A stretch of DNA of 64,000 nt, taken from contig OZ037767.1 in NCBI GenBank assembly GCA_964035545.1, forward strand, positions 21,716,628 through 21,780,627, in the 5' to 3' direction. This document shows, piece by piece, positions 39,101-52,254 of this stretch; the first letter of the stretch is position 1; the number at the start of each line of letters is the position of its first letter. Under the pieces are notes generated by a model that was not told where the DNA came from, did no database searches, and saw only the letters and a list, made by a program, of their open reading frames with translations. This DNA is from Bugula neritina. Taxonomy: Eukaryota; Animalia; Bryozoa. The position numbers were made by a program, and so were the translations under genes.

Positions 39101-42100
39101 AGGCTACACTTGTCTGTACTTTGAGCGGATTTGATTGCAGAACAGGAGAAGAAAAGGCAAAAAGAGAAGCAAATCGAGTTGGAAAGAAAAATGGAACTGG
39201 AGAGAAAGAAAATACTAGAAATGGAAAAGCAGAAAGAGGTTGAAAGAAAAATTGCACAGGAAGCTAAAAGAAAGGCAGAGCTACAGAAACGACAGGAAGA
39301 GGAAGTGGGTATAGCTTTGTGCATCTCAATTTCTCTAATAATAATTCTCTGTACTATGCCGCAATACTTATAAAAATAGTCAGTAGTGTGGTGCAGGTAT
39401 ATTACAAGTAAAGAAATAAAATAGGTCAAGCGTTTGTGGTTTGCCATGGTAAGTGTGTGTGTCTGCTAGCTCACCAGATAGTTAAACGCTCCATATTGTG
39501 TTCATGTCACTCTCGGAGGGCTAATAGTAATGGTACTGTTCGTCACAGGACAGGAAGCAGAAGGAAGCCATGGAAGCAGAAAAGGCCAGAATAGCACAGC
39601 AGCGACTTTTAGAACAGGAAAAGGCGGAGAAAGAGATGCTTGCTGCGGAGAAAGAAAAAGAGCGAGAAAGACAGGTGGAAAGGGAGAGGCTGGAGGCGCT
39701 GAAACTGCCGTCCACAGCGCAGTGGGCCTCAAACAACCGCAATGCTGCTGTTCAGGGTGAGTGTTGATCTTGGCATGGCTATTCGCTGCAGCGTGTTGTG
39801 TGTCAGTAGGGAACCACTGAGCAGGGGTGTTTGTCTTGTTACACAGGTATGAACAGGCAGCTTTCACTGCAAGAAATCCAAAAACGGGAGAAGGAAGAAG
39901 CTGAAAAAGAAAAGGCTGCCAATCTAGTGAAGCAGCAGCAGCTTCTAGAACAGCAAAGTCAGCAGCAACAGGGGCAACTGAAGTGGGCAGCTCCTAAGAA
40001 TAACAGGTAAGTCTCTCTCTCCCAGTTCACTTGCAATATCCGCTGACTGCCAGCTCTTCACATGCAGCCTCTCTAGATGCTAACCAACTATGGCTAGCTT
40101 TCCCTTTTGTCTGTAGGTCTCCTGTTACAGTCGGTAAAAGTCTACGTGAGATACAGGAAGAAGAAGCTATTAGACTCGAGAAAGAGCGCAAGGAGAAACA
40201 GCGAACTGCTCCAGCTCCGGCAGCAGTGGCTACCACAGGCAGCACCTGGAGCTCTGGCAAATCTCTTGCCGGTGGCTGGGCGAGTGAGGGAGCCTGGGGG
40301 GCTGCCGTTAGGAATGGCTTGTGGGATCAACCTTCTTCTAACAAGTCCCCACGAGCTCCTAACAGGTGGGTGTCCACCTTGATGTTGTCTGCTTTGTAAA
40401 TTAATAATTACATGCAATACATCGTAATGTTTTAAAAAATGTAATGCCATTGTGGGTGTAGTAAACTCTCTGCCTTTGCCCGCTACACTGGCAGAACAAC
40501 CCTCAGGTGGATGACTGCTTAGTAAGAGTCTATTTCTCACTGCTTAGCAAAACCTTTAATTAATCTTACAGCCTGTAGGTTGCATAAGCTTAATGGTGAC
40601 TCCAAGTCACCTGTGGTAAAGACAGAATTGGATTCTGATTAATAAGACTGCTTTGTCTGATATACAACTTTTCATTTACTGCAGCGAAGTTTTCCCTAGT
40701 CTCTCAGCCGCTACAAAATCTCACCAGGTCTTGTCTACTCAGCAGGCGAAGAAGAAATCTCAACCGGCAGCTCAAAACCCCAAGAAAGTTGCTCAGAATG
40801 TGAGTATAAATCTAGCTATTGTCACACATGCTGTGCTAGACTGAGCTGTGATTTTAGCCTGTGATCCACAACACAAGGTCACGCAGTTGTTCTCTCTTGT
40901 AGGACCACGTGAAGCAACTGTTTCAGAAGGAGATGAGTTCAGACGACCAGTTTAACGAGTGGTGTGTGCGAGCACTCAAAGGTCTCAACTCGTCTGTGGA
41001 TGGTGTGTATTATTAGCTTATAGTAGTGTGTAATGAGTGGCTGACATTCACTGGTTTAACAAGCAGTGTTGCTCAAGTGCATATATATATTGGTCTATTA
41101 CTACGTTTCCAAGTCTTGAATTATGCAAATTGATTTTCTGCCCGATGTTTGGAAACCGTGGCATCAAATGAAACTTAACTATAAATTTATCTGTAGAAAC
41201 ATCCATTCGCATAATGCGAAGCAATGGAAATTCAGCGTATTGCTTATATGATCTATTTTGTAATCGTATCAATATTTTGTACATAATTAGACTTTCTGTT
41301 ATAAAACTTTTTTGAACTGGAAATACCGTTTTAATGAATCTGTTTCACAGGCACTATGGTGTGTGTGTGTAATATTCTACTCTGACTGGTGTTAGAGAGT
41401 TGTTGTTGACTCATAGCTGATTAGAAAAGTGTATGTGGTTATGTTCTCTTGACAGTGCCCACATTTGTGTCATTTCTACGAGACGTGGAATCGCCCTACG
41501 ATGTTCAAGATTACGTCAAGAGTTATCTCGGTGAGACGGCCAAGTCGATGCAGTTTGCTAAAGACTTCATAGAGAAGAGATCTGTGGCTAAGAAAAAGCA
41601 AGCCCAGCAGCGGTTAGAGGACGAGGTGGGTCGCGCTGTTGCCTCTGTGATTTCCTGTTGTTGTGACATGAGTCCAGTTTAGTTTATGCTAATAAGAAAG
41701 AGAGCTTATATATATAAATAAGCAGTTGTGGTTTGAATCTAACTGAGTGAAGGTGTCAAGAAAGGCCGCCCGACTTGCCCTTATCAACACGTAGATTACT
41801 CCGACTAATGTGTTCAGTTGTAGCCCTTATTCCTTGCAGAATTCACCTGTTATGTATATTCGTCAGCTGGTATCTCTAAGTTTAGCCTGTTTTCTGTTGA
41901 AGGATAACCTGTGGGGTCCAGCACCAGCCGTAAACCCTCCAACTCATCGTACATCTGATTCTCCCTCAAACCAGGTCGCAAATGATAAAAAGAAGAAAGC
42001 GGTTAGAAAGAACAAAGGGGGAAAGATGGATGCCACGGCTCTACTCGGGTTCACTGTAGGTGCCAGCAGCCATCGCCTCAACGTCGGTGAGATAGAGAAA

Positions 42101-42109
42101 GCCGAGTGA
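33194..42109 (+). CDS. GIGYF: GRB10-interacting GYF protein (GIGYF1/2 orthologue), multi-exon
   Basis: Exon 33194-33358 has LKFGPEWLR and the 4EHP-binding motif YRYGREEMLAL. Exon 33510-33640 reads PMALIAPTEEEQR..VNS. RGG-rich exon 33897-34063. DDX6/Me31B-binding LPEW...GTFDASGAF near 35105-35190. GYF domain WFYQDPQGKLQGPF..EMAEWFSAGYF in exon 36191-36417. E/K/R/Q-rich helical exons 37741-40366 with SLQEIQ/SLREIQ. VPTFVSFLRDVESPYDV near 41456. Last exon 41903-42109 ends LLGFTV...RLNVGEIEKAE*. AATAAA near 42779. An acceptor at 33162 implies an upstream non-coding exon. Confidence 0.96.
33755..33870. repeat. 21 bp intronic minisatellite (TTGTATAGTATGTGATGCGCT)n
   Basis: About 5 copies in a GIGYF intron. 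Confidence 0.85.
36780..36950. repeat. ~30 bp intronic minisatellite (CCATCCACC...GCTACACAGTGCCC)n
   Basis: About 6 diverged copies. Confidence 0.8.
37172..37410. repeat. ~31 bp intronic minisatellite (TGTAGTGTTGTGTGTACACTGTGCTGGTAAA)n
   Basis: About 7 copies ending next to the acceptor at 37421. Confidence 0.88.
38506..38660 (+). repeat. Coding pentapeptide repeat (AEQRL/AEQRA/AEQMA)n in GIGYF
   Basis: 15 nt unit, about 10 copies in frame. Confidence 0.9.
38981..39127. repeat. 27-28 bp intronic minisatellite (CTTTGAGCTAAGGCTACATTGTCTGTA)n
   Basis: 5 copies ending just before the acceptor at 39140. Confidence 0.9.
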
Positions 42110-44797
42110 CTTTGTTGAAATTTTCTTCTCTTGAATATGATAGCGGTGGTCAGTGTTCACAGTGTGTGGCCTGGCGTGATATGCTACTATGCAGAGTTTT
42201 AACTCAGAACTGATGCAATTCTACTAGTCGCCATGAGGTGGCCGAGGTCATTCGTCGGTCAATGTGTGTCGTGTGAATCTAAGTCAGTTGTCTTCCTCAG
42301 CCACTGACTTCATTTTCTACTCCTAATTATAACGTTATTTATCTCTAGTTTTGTACAAATGTAAATATGACAAAATATTTTTCTTTTTATAAAGTCCTAC
42401 TACATTGTGTTGTGTGATGTGTTTGTTACACCCGTGGAATGACATCGTTAAATTTACCAATCTTACTTTTACTCCAAAGATTTCCCAGTCTATTTTATCT
42501 TTTAAACTCGTTACTCATAGCACTTTTGAACTGTATTGAAATTACCACAGTGCTAATAAACATCTCTTATCATCACTGCTCATACATGCCTTGCTACATA
42601 TTTTATAGGGGAAATAACTCTATAAAGAATTGCCAAGTTATCGAAAATTCAGTTGAAACAGTTGGTGCTTTGTGAACTTATTGCATAATTACAATATGTT
42701 CATTATTTCTCTTGTTACATCTGATGTATGCATGTGTCTTTATTTGTTGACTATTTTTATAGTTAACTTGTTTCATAATAATAAAATAAACATCATCCAA
42801 CCAATTTCAGTCTATTGTGTTGTTCCATCTCTTTCACCACTCTGAAACAGGGGAGATGATTTTTTAATTATTCACTGCTTGATTGGCAAATGCTTGAAAA
42901 AGGAAGCTGTGAAGCTGTCAGTAATGGAGGCAGATGACACATTTAAACATTTAATTGAATCACTAATAGATTTCACGTCTTGCAGTCATGATTCTTTTAC
43001 AGTCAATAATAGATGTGCCATGTCAATTGGTCCTGACGATTCATCAATGCGCTTTATAAAACTAAATAAATTGAAATAATGGCCAATTGGCATCAGAAAT
43101 TTAAAGTTGGCTACCAATAAATACTATTAAAATTTGCTACCAATATCATTGGAATGAAATATGCTTGCAATGATGTCAAAATATATTGAAACACTTTAAG
43201 AAGAGAGAGGTTGACAATGGTGAATATAACAAGTTGGGATTTAACTATAGAGAACATAACACTTTGTTATAACAAGTTTTACATTATAAATCTCAGCATA
43301 TTTTATGGGACGATTTAAATAAAATTTTCACATCAACTAATATTAGAGTTTAATAAAGTGGGCAGAGCATTTTCCATGCTCGCCTTTTCCCTCTTGAATT
43401 TAGGCCTATACACATATTTACACAGCTACATAATGCATATATACATGTTTTAACTTCTTCATGAGTCTAAAAAGTATTTACTCGGATTAGCTCACATAAT
43501 TTATAGAGTTATGTTCCCGCAACTCTTTTAAAACACATTTAATCACAACTTCTGTGTCCTGCTGATCTACTCATCTCTCTTGAGGCTGAAACAACATATA
43601 ATAGCTGCTTACTTGAAATAAAATATAGATTGATATATAATACTGAATATATTCTGTGAAAATTCAAATTTCTGCCCCAAAAACCATGTATTTCTCCACT
43701 AAATTTCCTCTACATATAGTTAATATACCACTGTAAAGCGATTTTTAGCTTTGTAATAGTGATAGGGTTGCTAGCATCTTTTTTCATTTTTATACAGTTT
43801 TGACTAGCTTGAATTTACATTGGAAAATATTGCAAAGTTTAATTTAATATTGTTATATAAGCTCCCGTTTGAGTTTGAGATTAATATTATACATAGCTTT
43901 GATAGCACAACCTTGTTGAAATTAGGTATTTATCTATTCTATAATTAGATAATAATGGAAAACAAATAAATTTCAATTTTATGTTGTAAAAAGGAAAAGA
44001 AGTGAAAAAACAGAATGTGCTTCACCGACTACTTACTTAATTAGTAACAGACAAACTTTATTTACTGTATACTTACTACAATCTAGAAATATGGCATGCT
44101 ACAAGGCAGTGGAAGAGCCGCTCGGTGGCTGCATTAAACCCGAATTTTGATATACTAGAAAAGTGGAACTCAACCACACCCCCAGTCGACCTTCTCACCA
44201 CCAGATATAGAGCATTAAAAGCATTGCAACTGAGAAACACACAACATTACTTTTTCAGTCCCAATTAAGCAAAGCAGTTTGTATTAAAAATTTTTTGTGT
44301 TCTAATGTGGTTGCTGACCACTGGAAACAATTAATGAACACATATGCTTTGCATATATTTTTAGTATTTATGCAGTATGACATCTATTTTCTCTGCAAGA
44401 ATTGCCTAAATTGTATCAATAATAATGATATTGAAAATATCATTTATAAAATATGGTTATAAGGTCATAGTGTAACATGTTTATATGTATACGTTCTGTT
44501 TTTGCAAATGCATAAGCGCTCCGACTTTAATTAATATTGGAGTTAGAGTTTGAAATCTTATTCTATTAAAATAATAAGGGTGATGCTCTTCCACTTGCTG
44601 TCCTCAAAACATTAGATATTATGCAATCCATTCTTGCTGTCGAGGAAACAACGTACTTCACTAGAAAGTGATTATTGATTTTAATTAAAATGGCAACTTA
44701 AATCTTTATGAGTTTTGATGAGCCACGCACAAACTAATGCATGTTTTCCAGTTGCTGCCTTTTCTTTGGCAAATCTACTGACGAAGTTGAGATAGTA

Positions 44798-45933
44798 ATG
44801 GATTGTAATTATTCAAAAAGGGACACTAGCTATTCAAACTTTTACAACGACAGCTGTAACATTTTCTACCAAGATAATCCTTGCTATGATGAAGATTTGA
44901 GTGCATTGGTATACGTTATAATAATCATAGGTAAGTCTTACCTTCTAACTTATATTTAAAAAAATTGTTTGATTTAGGAAATGTAGTAAATTGAGTTTAA
45001 ATGAATTGTAAATTATAGATTTATCAATTTGCCAATATAATTTAACCACATATAGGGTCTTGCACCGTATTAGGTGGTTTACAGGGTGACACCTATATAT
45101 GTACTATTACATAGCTTTGGATTGTAGTCCCACCTGTATGGGCTTTATGTATGTTATATTATAATATGTGATTCATTTTGTGTTGTCACTATTATGCAAA
45201 CAGAAACATAATGCATTTCCGCATGTCTATGTTTTATAAATTGCTCAGTTTATATCATCTAGCGCTTTGATAATTTAAAGCAATAGTATTATATTTTGAT
45301 CAGGAGTTCGCTGTCAATCATAGCCTTTTTTCCGCGGCCTGAGGGTTAGTGTACCGACATGTTTTAGCTGACATATTAGCTCAAGCTGACCTTTTTTGGA
45401 GTGACTAGGTGCATATCTCTAGGGTTAGGTAGAGTTTGTAGGAGTCGAAGCAAGGCTTATATATAAATATATATGGGTTCAATGTATTATATACAGCGTG
45501 CATTCAACAGTTTTATAAAGAGAAAAGATGCGTCAAGATTGTACAATGTTTGCACAAGAGTTAAGTAACACACTTTTGAGTAAGGCAAATGACCTACAGT
45601 ACATACTACATATCATGTTTAAATATTTATAAATAAAGTTGTCATTATCAACTATTATTCATGCAAAGACATATGATTTTATGCTGTTATGTTGAAGGTA
45701 TGTTCTCATGTGTGATGGTAGTGCTCATGTTCATTTACACCAAGTCTGACCAGCTGGACAGTGTTGAAGAATACCAAAACCTTCAAAAGGTCATGAACCA
45801 ACTGCAAGACGAAAAAGAGGCTTATAGACAAAGAACTATCACTAGACGTCTGGCTCTACAGGCACTCAACACCTTCAGTAAAGTCAGTCTGCCTGGCCAC
45901 AAGGACTGGAAATATAATGTCAGATATGTGTAG
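44798..45933 (+). CDS. Small single-pass membrane protein, KCNE/MinK-like, 2 coding exons, ~122 aa
   Basis: Branch point CTAAT 44734 and acceptor 44751; ATG 44798; exon ends 44930 (donor GTAAGT, phase 1) and joins acceptor 45697; exon 45698-45933. Splicing builds one continuous hydrophobic span ALVYVIIII-G-MFSCVMVVLMFIY followed by TKS. Sequons NYS and NDS lie N-terminal to it. The gene model is well supported; the family call is by eye. Confidence 0.7.
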
Positions 45934-46913
45934 CAGAACACTTGGCAACATGTAGTGGTGTTTGGCAGCAAGCCAACAACACAAGTAATATAGTCTTCAA
46001 TTTTACAACCTTACACAAAAATTTAAATGTTAAATTAGATACTGATGTCAAATGTATACCGAACCTAAGGTAACAATATACTATGATACTAGTGGGTAAA
46101 AGCATGAGTGTAATGTGTGCAGATGATTTCATGGAGGAGATGGTAATCTAGTACACACATTAAATGTATTGACTTTATTGAATTTACTATCAAATTGCAT
46201 TTCTACTAGAATTTTTTTTAAATTCATCGTGATTAAAATTTTCACTTATATTTAAATCTTTCGTAATCAGACAAAGTCTAATATTTTAAAATTGCCACAT
46301 TTTATTAGCTAAAATCATATTAATAAAAATTATATAACAATTTATTATTCTGAAAAAAATCAATCGATATTTAATAATTATAAAGTACGAAATAATCAAT
46401 AGTAGGGCGGTAACTAACCAGCATCAAATGCCGTCCATGATTTGAATATAAAAAAACTATACTAACAAAATACTGGTTCTCATGTAGATTGTGCATTTAT
46501 TACGGAAAATAATGCATGAATGTCAACTTCCAAACACTGTTATTAAACGTTGAAAATGCAGCTACTGCATTGTAACAGTATGCAACTTTGATCAAAGTCC
46601 GTTTGGCAAACCTCAATCCAAGCTATTTCTCATCAAAAATCATGTAAAAACAGTTAAAAAATGTTAGCATTTTCGGAATCAGGATAAGACAATAACCTTA
46701 ACAAAGTTTTGAGAACAGAATTGCTTGAAATGATCAATTAGAAGTTTTCCTTCCTGTAGAATATGGCAATCATAAACCACCTAGCAGATGACACTAGTAC
46801 TCCACTTGTATTATGAATTACAAGAGCAGATAAATCTAAATTTCCATATAATATAGTCTACATTCACACTTGCTTAGCCATTATTAGATATTAGATAATC
46901 TAGTCTCTTGTCT

Positions 46914-49900
46914 TTACATTCTAAGACCGCCATCAATGTCTATAGCTGCTCCTGTCATGTAGCTACTTTCTTCAGAGGCCAAGAAAGCTATCAGATTGGC
47001 CACCTCTGAAAAATAACATACATTTATAGCATCAATATAAACAATATATACAATCAATGTTATTTCAAAGCAGTCTACATTATAACAGTAAATCTTTTCA
47101 TCATATAAACTATTTGCCCAAATTAATATTCCTGTGTATTATTTAATGTTTTCTCCATGTTTTAGTAAATTTGTATGATGAAATGTAAGTAGCTAGCAGA
47201 TTCTGTATTGTAATGGACAATGTAACACATCTAACCAACTGACTATAAATCAGAAAAGCTGAGAATTGATTTGTGAAAATAAAATCAACAAGATTTGTAG
47301 GATAGAAATAGACTGAGTACCTAAAGGCTGTCCAACTCTTAGTAAGGGGACCATCTTGATCACCCTTTCTATAAGCTTTGACGGTACAACATCGGTCATG
47401 GGTGTCTCAATGAACCCTGGCAACACACAGTTGACTCTGATACCATTTCTACATCACAATGAACATAACAACCTGATACAGAAGCATAGAAGTGAAATGC
47501 TGTAATTAAACAGACGGTAGACCACATTGTTTATTTTATTGATTGATTGATTGATTGCATATCACAGACATGACAACACGTTGTGAATTTCAGTGTAAAT
47601 ACTGGCTATAATATAAGTAGGCATGAACAAAAATGAAAGAAAAAAGTCAAAAGTCAAAACTCTGTTGGATTCTTTATTGTTCAGCAAAGTAGTTTGTATA
47701 ACAGCTTTAAAGTAAAATACTATTTACAGAAACATGATTAAAGCTGTCGGTGCTTATAGGAAAAAGTGGAAAATTTTATTATTACCATAGAAGCAGACAT
47801 CTTCGGTTTGCTTTTAAATTTTAATATATATATGCTATTTTCATATTATCAGAACATATACGAGCGAGAATATGATTATAGAAGCAGATATTACAAGTCA
47901 CAGAGTAATGAAGTATTTACTATACAGGAAGATATTCATACTGATTATAACAGTAGAACAATTTCCTTGGCACCTACCTTCCTAATTCCATGGCTGAAGT
48001 CTTGGTTAAACCAATAACACCAGCTTTAGATGCTGAATAGTTTGCTTGCCCGTGATTGCCCTGTAAGTCAAAAAAGACAAGTTATACATCATACAAAAAG
48101 TTGCCAAAAATAAAAAATATTATATTGACAAAAACAATGATTAAATATTGAAAGCATTTATAAACTGTTGAGAAGAATGGCAAGCAAATGAAAGAGAAAC
48201 TTAATGGAATACCTTGGCAGATGCACTGGCTATGTTTACAATGCTACCATTTAAACCAGATGGTTGGCTGGCGGACTCACTAGATGTAGTTAGCTGCTTC
48301 AATAGATGTCTAGAATGAGTCTGAGTCATAAGAAATGTCCCTTTCAAATTCACATCTATCACCTGCAATAATTCCAGTAGCAGAAATCTTATCAAATGAA
48401 GCAATGCCTTGTGATGCAATAGCAATAAAGTTGAAAATATTGACAAATAATTTCTTTGTAAATTATTGTACCTTATTCCAATCTTCTTCTGAAATCTTAA
48501 GCATAAAGTTGTCTCTTGTTATACCAGCAGAATTTACAAGGATTTGAGGAGCAGTCCCTAATCTGAAAGAAAAGCAGTAAATTCTAGCAATTGATGGATA
48601 GGATATAACAGTCAGCAATGAGAAGCCTTGAACATACACGAATAAACCGTGACGTCTCGCAAATCCAAATTAACTAAATAATTAGAGAAAAACATAGGAA
48701 ATCAAGCAAAATTAAAAAGAACCTTGATTATTTAGTGATTTATGATATTTTCTTAGTTTTGAGCAAAAACCCATATAAATTAGCAGTTAAATTGTGAAAA
48801 ATAGCTAAAAACTGGAGATTTCGAGTGGGTATTAAATTAAGTGAAACGACCCGTATAACACTACAATAATTGTAAACCTGAGGAATAGGGTAACTGACAT
48901 ACGTTTTCACAACTTCCGAGTACAAGTTGTCCACTTGCTCTTTTTTAGAGACATCTACTTGAAATTTTAGTGACTCTACATAAAAAGCACAAATGGAATA
49001 AAAGAAAAACTGAATTAGGGTGAGTATCAATTAAACCATGCAACACTAAAAGCATGACTTACCATCAACATTTAACTGATCTAAGGCAGATTTAGAAGCA
49101 TCAACTGAAACCACAGTAGCTCCTCTAGATTTTAGTAACTCACATACTGCTTTACCTATACCACTACCAGCACCTGAAACAGAAAATACACAGTAATAAA
49201 TGCCATAGGGAAAACCAATTATTCTCTATTCTAATAATCTACTGTCAACTTACCATGACTAAGAAAATTACGCAGAGTATGCAAAAATGTGAAAAAAGAT
49301 AACTTTATTAAAGACTTAATTAAAGTGAAAATTGTATGAATAACCAAAGCTAAAATTATAATGACTGTCAATGTAAGTGAAGTAAAAACTAAAAAACGTA
49401 GTATTATTATAATAATAATTAACATAGTTTTGTAGAACCATCAGCATTACCATGGACTAAAATCAAGCTTTAACAAATACTAGTAATAGTATAGTAATAC
49501 TAATACTAATAGAGAAATCCTACAATAGTGAAAATGCCAAAGTGAAAGTAGCCTAATCAGAATAAAAGTGAAAATTAAGGTTCTAATGGCAGTTGCAATA
49601 AAATTGAAACTGAGAGTACGAATCTATGTGCGTCTACGATGTTAAACTTAAAAAAAATACCAAATTGAAATTTTAACTGAGTTATGTTAAACCTAGAGAG
49701 AAAGCCGAAAGGTGAAGGTATAAAATTAAATACTAACATTAATTAAATTTATTACTTATTACCTAATACTTAATAGCAGTAGCAGCCATAATTATATTTT
49801 CTATAAAAAAATCAACATGAAAATCAAAATAAAAGTCAAAGTGAACGCCAACGTGCAAATCTTAATAATAATTTGATTTGGTGATACTGATTTGATAAAT

Positions 49901-49948
49901 TAAAATTGATGTCTCACCAGTGATAACAGCGATTTTTCCTCGAACCAT
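46914..49948 (-). CDS. HSD17B8: Classical short-chain dehydrogenase/reductase, HSD17B8 / 3-oxoacyl-ACP reductase type, ~8 exons
   Basis: MVRGKIAVITG (49948-49918), GAGSGIGKAVC (49173-49063), FQVDVSKKEQV, ILVNSAGITRDNFMLKISEEDW, VIDVNLKGTFLMTQ...GSIVNIAS, GNHGQANYSASKAGVIGLTK, GIRVNCVLPGFIETPMT, EVANLIAFLASEESSYMTGAAIDIDGGLRM*. TGxxxGIG and YxxxK motifs are intact. Confidence 0.9.
48640..48855 (-). mobile_element. Truncated, diverged copy of the 7945-8292 MITE family in an HSD17B8 intron
   Basis: The reverse complement aligns over ~210 bp with 7945-8160 (shared blocks GTTTTTAGCTA, TTTAACTGCTAAT, GTTCTTTTTAATTTTGCTTGATTTCC, TAATTTGGATT). Confidence 0.8.
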
Positions 49949-49949
49949 G

Positions 49950-50500
49950 TTGATTTATATTTGACTTAGTATTTCAGTTATGAAAATAGTAATATTAAAG
50001 TTTTTGCGACTTCAAAATAGTACTAGTTTGAAGAGCAAGCCACAATCAACTAATGCAACTTTTGTGTTAAAATATGCAAACTGGTATCTGTAAGTGTACA
50101 TAAAATATTATACTTGGAAATAATCTAGACGGAGAAAAGTCTGGGAAATAAAGATTGATGCATTGCATATGGGGTGTATCAAAGCGAAAGTTATACCTGC
50201 TACCGAAGCTTGAGAAGTTAAAAGATTTTCCGACTACATGGGCGTAACTGATAACCGGTGGTGCGACTATCGATGCGCATTAATGTAACCCTCTAAATTT
50301 CAATGAAATAGTACGATACTAAAGAGGCTTTAATTACAGAGTATGCATCTCTTGCTTACAGAGTAATAATTCGGTTGCGTTCTATCAGATTACCATACAC
50401 ACTACTACTATATCTATAGGCAAATAACCTCAGTTAGTCCGTGACTGTGAGGAAACCTCTATAAATATGAAAGTTAACATTAGTTTTATCTTATGCTTAT
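49950..50500. promoter_or_regulatory. Probable divergent promoter shared by HSD17B8 and TAF12
   Basis: The genes are head-to-head. Local CpG enrichment with DRE-like TATCGAT 50268-50274 and palindrome ATGCGCAT 50273-50280. The TAF12 ATG exon has an acceptor at 54022, so a non-coding first exon must lie upstream. Confidence 0.5.
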
Positions 50501-51393
50501 ACTTATACTTACACTATGAATAATAAACAAGACCAATACCAAAATCAATTCAGAGTGCTATCTGAATCAGTAGCACATTAGCTGATTCCGTTTCACTCAT
50601 AGTCCTAGTCATAGTGATAGTCAATATCATTCTCATTCTGATTCAGTTTCACTGCAAATGCAATCAGTGAATCACTATGAGTATGAGTGAATGACTTTCA
50701 TTTATAACTATGAGTATCAGTATGACTATCAGTATCAGCAACTGCAATAATTATGATCACTTGATGATCAATATTAAATAAAACTCAATTTAAGCACTTG
50801 GACTGGAGGTAGAAGTTAATTATAATGATAATCAATATGAATATATTTATAACAGTAGTGAGTGATAACAAGTTGAATTAAAATTGTCATATTTACAGTT
50901 AAACTTTAAACAACTTTGACTTTACATTGTCAGTTTGAGTATACAATGACGGTCAAACTGAATAACTAAGTAGTAAGATTTCCGCCATAAATTGCAGTTT
51001 GAGCTACTGTTAGTGTTACTGTTGGCGTTTTTGTAACACTAACAGTCACTCTTCGTCTTCTTAAACTTTTCAAGTTAATTTATAATTAGTGAATTACCAT
51101 TAGATTTAGTTTTCAACTATTAGTATTAGTGTTATGGCCATCGTTTTTAATTTTATTATTTAATTTACTAAGTCTAATGTAATTGCTGATTATAATTTTA
51201 CTTATAGTTTTACTTTTGCAATTGTAATTATTGCAATTAATAAATACCATTCATTTTTATTGTGATTGTAGTTGGACTGCTACTACTAGTAGTAGCTAGT
51301 AGTAGTACTAGTATTTACTTTTAGACTTGGAATTGGTAGTGGTACGCTTGCAGTTGCTTAGCGTTTTATTTTGAATTAAAACTAAAAGTATAA

Positions 51394-52150
51394 TGGGGCT
51401 GACACACTACAGTCGAAACTCAACTGTGGACGCCATTTTGGAGCTGCTCGCGCTACTTTTTGCTGGTCACACTACAGTTCACACTACAAACGCTAAACGC
51501 TAACTGTCTCTAGCCCTGCAGTAAACTTTTAACCAATAGGAATGCCATAACTCAGTTTCTGCGGTATCCACAGCAACCAACAATCAAATTTAGCGCAATT
51601 TATTGAGATTTACCAGCATAATTCAATAAGATTTACTAGTTATTTTTATTTTAATTTACTGGCTTCAATTATTCAAAATTACTAGCTTTATTTAATGAGA
51701 TTACCTAGCTTTATACAAGCTCATTCACTAGCCTAAAGAACTAAATACGCTAATAAAATTCAACCAAATTAGAAAGCCTAAATATGCAGATAAAATTCAG
51801 CCAAATTTATCTAATAAATACTTATTATCGTAATTTATTAAGATTTTCATACATAACTTCATCATAATTATTTTAAAAGTAAAATAATATAATTTTCGAA
51901 GAACCAAATCAAATAATAATGCTCGCTAGTAGCACGTAAAATAAGCAAAAACATTTAACCGATCAGGGCTTACCTGCCAGCCAGTAATTGGCTGAACGCT
52001 AAAATTGAGCGTTCGCCCATGTCGAACTCTGAACCCATGTCGAACTCTGAACGCATCGCGAAAAACTGACAGTTGCGTTCAATACAGTTGTGACGTCACA
52101 GAGGTCAACGCTTAGCCTCAAAACGCGTTTTGACTAGTGTGCCAGCCCCA
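51394..52150. mobile_element. PIF/Harbinger-like MITE (757 bp)
   Basis: Terminal inverted repeats TGGGGCTGACACACTA / TAGTGTGCCAGCCCCA (one mismatch) with an exact TAA target-site duplication (51391-93, 52151-53). AT-rich non-coding interior. Confidence 0.88.
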
Positions 52151-52254
52151 TAACTTGAGGTTAATTAATCAGTATTACTATTACTAAGTAGATCAATTTT
52201 TACAGTTGACATCGTTATTGAACAGCTTGAACTACTACTAGTACTTAGTCTAAT

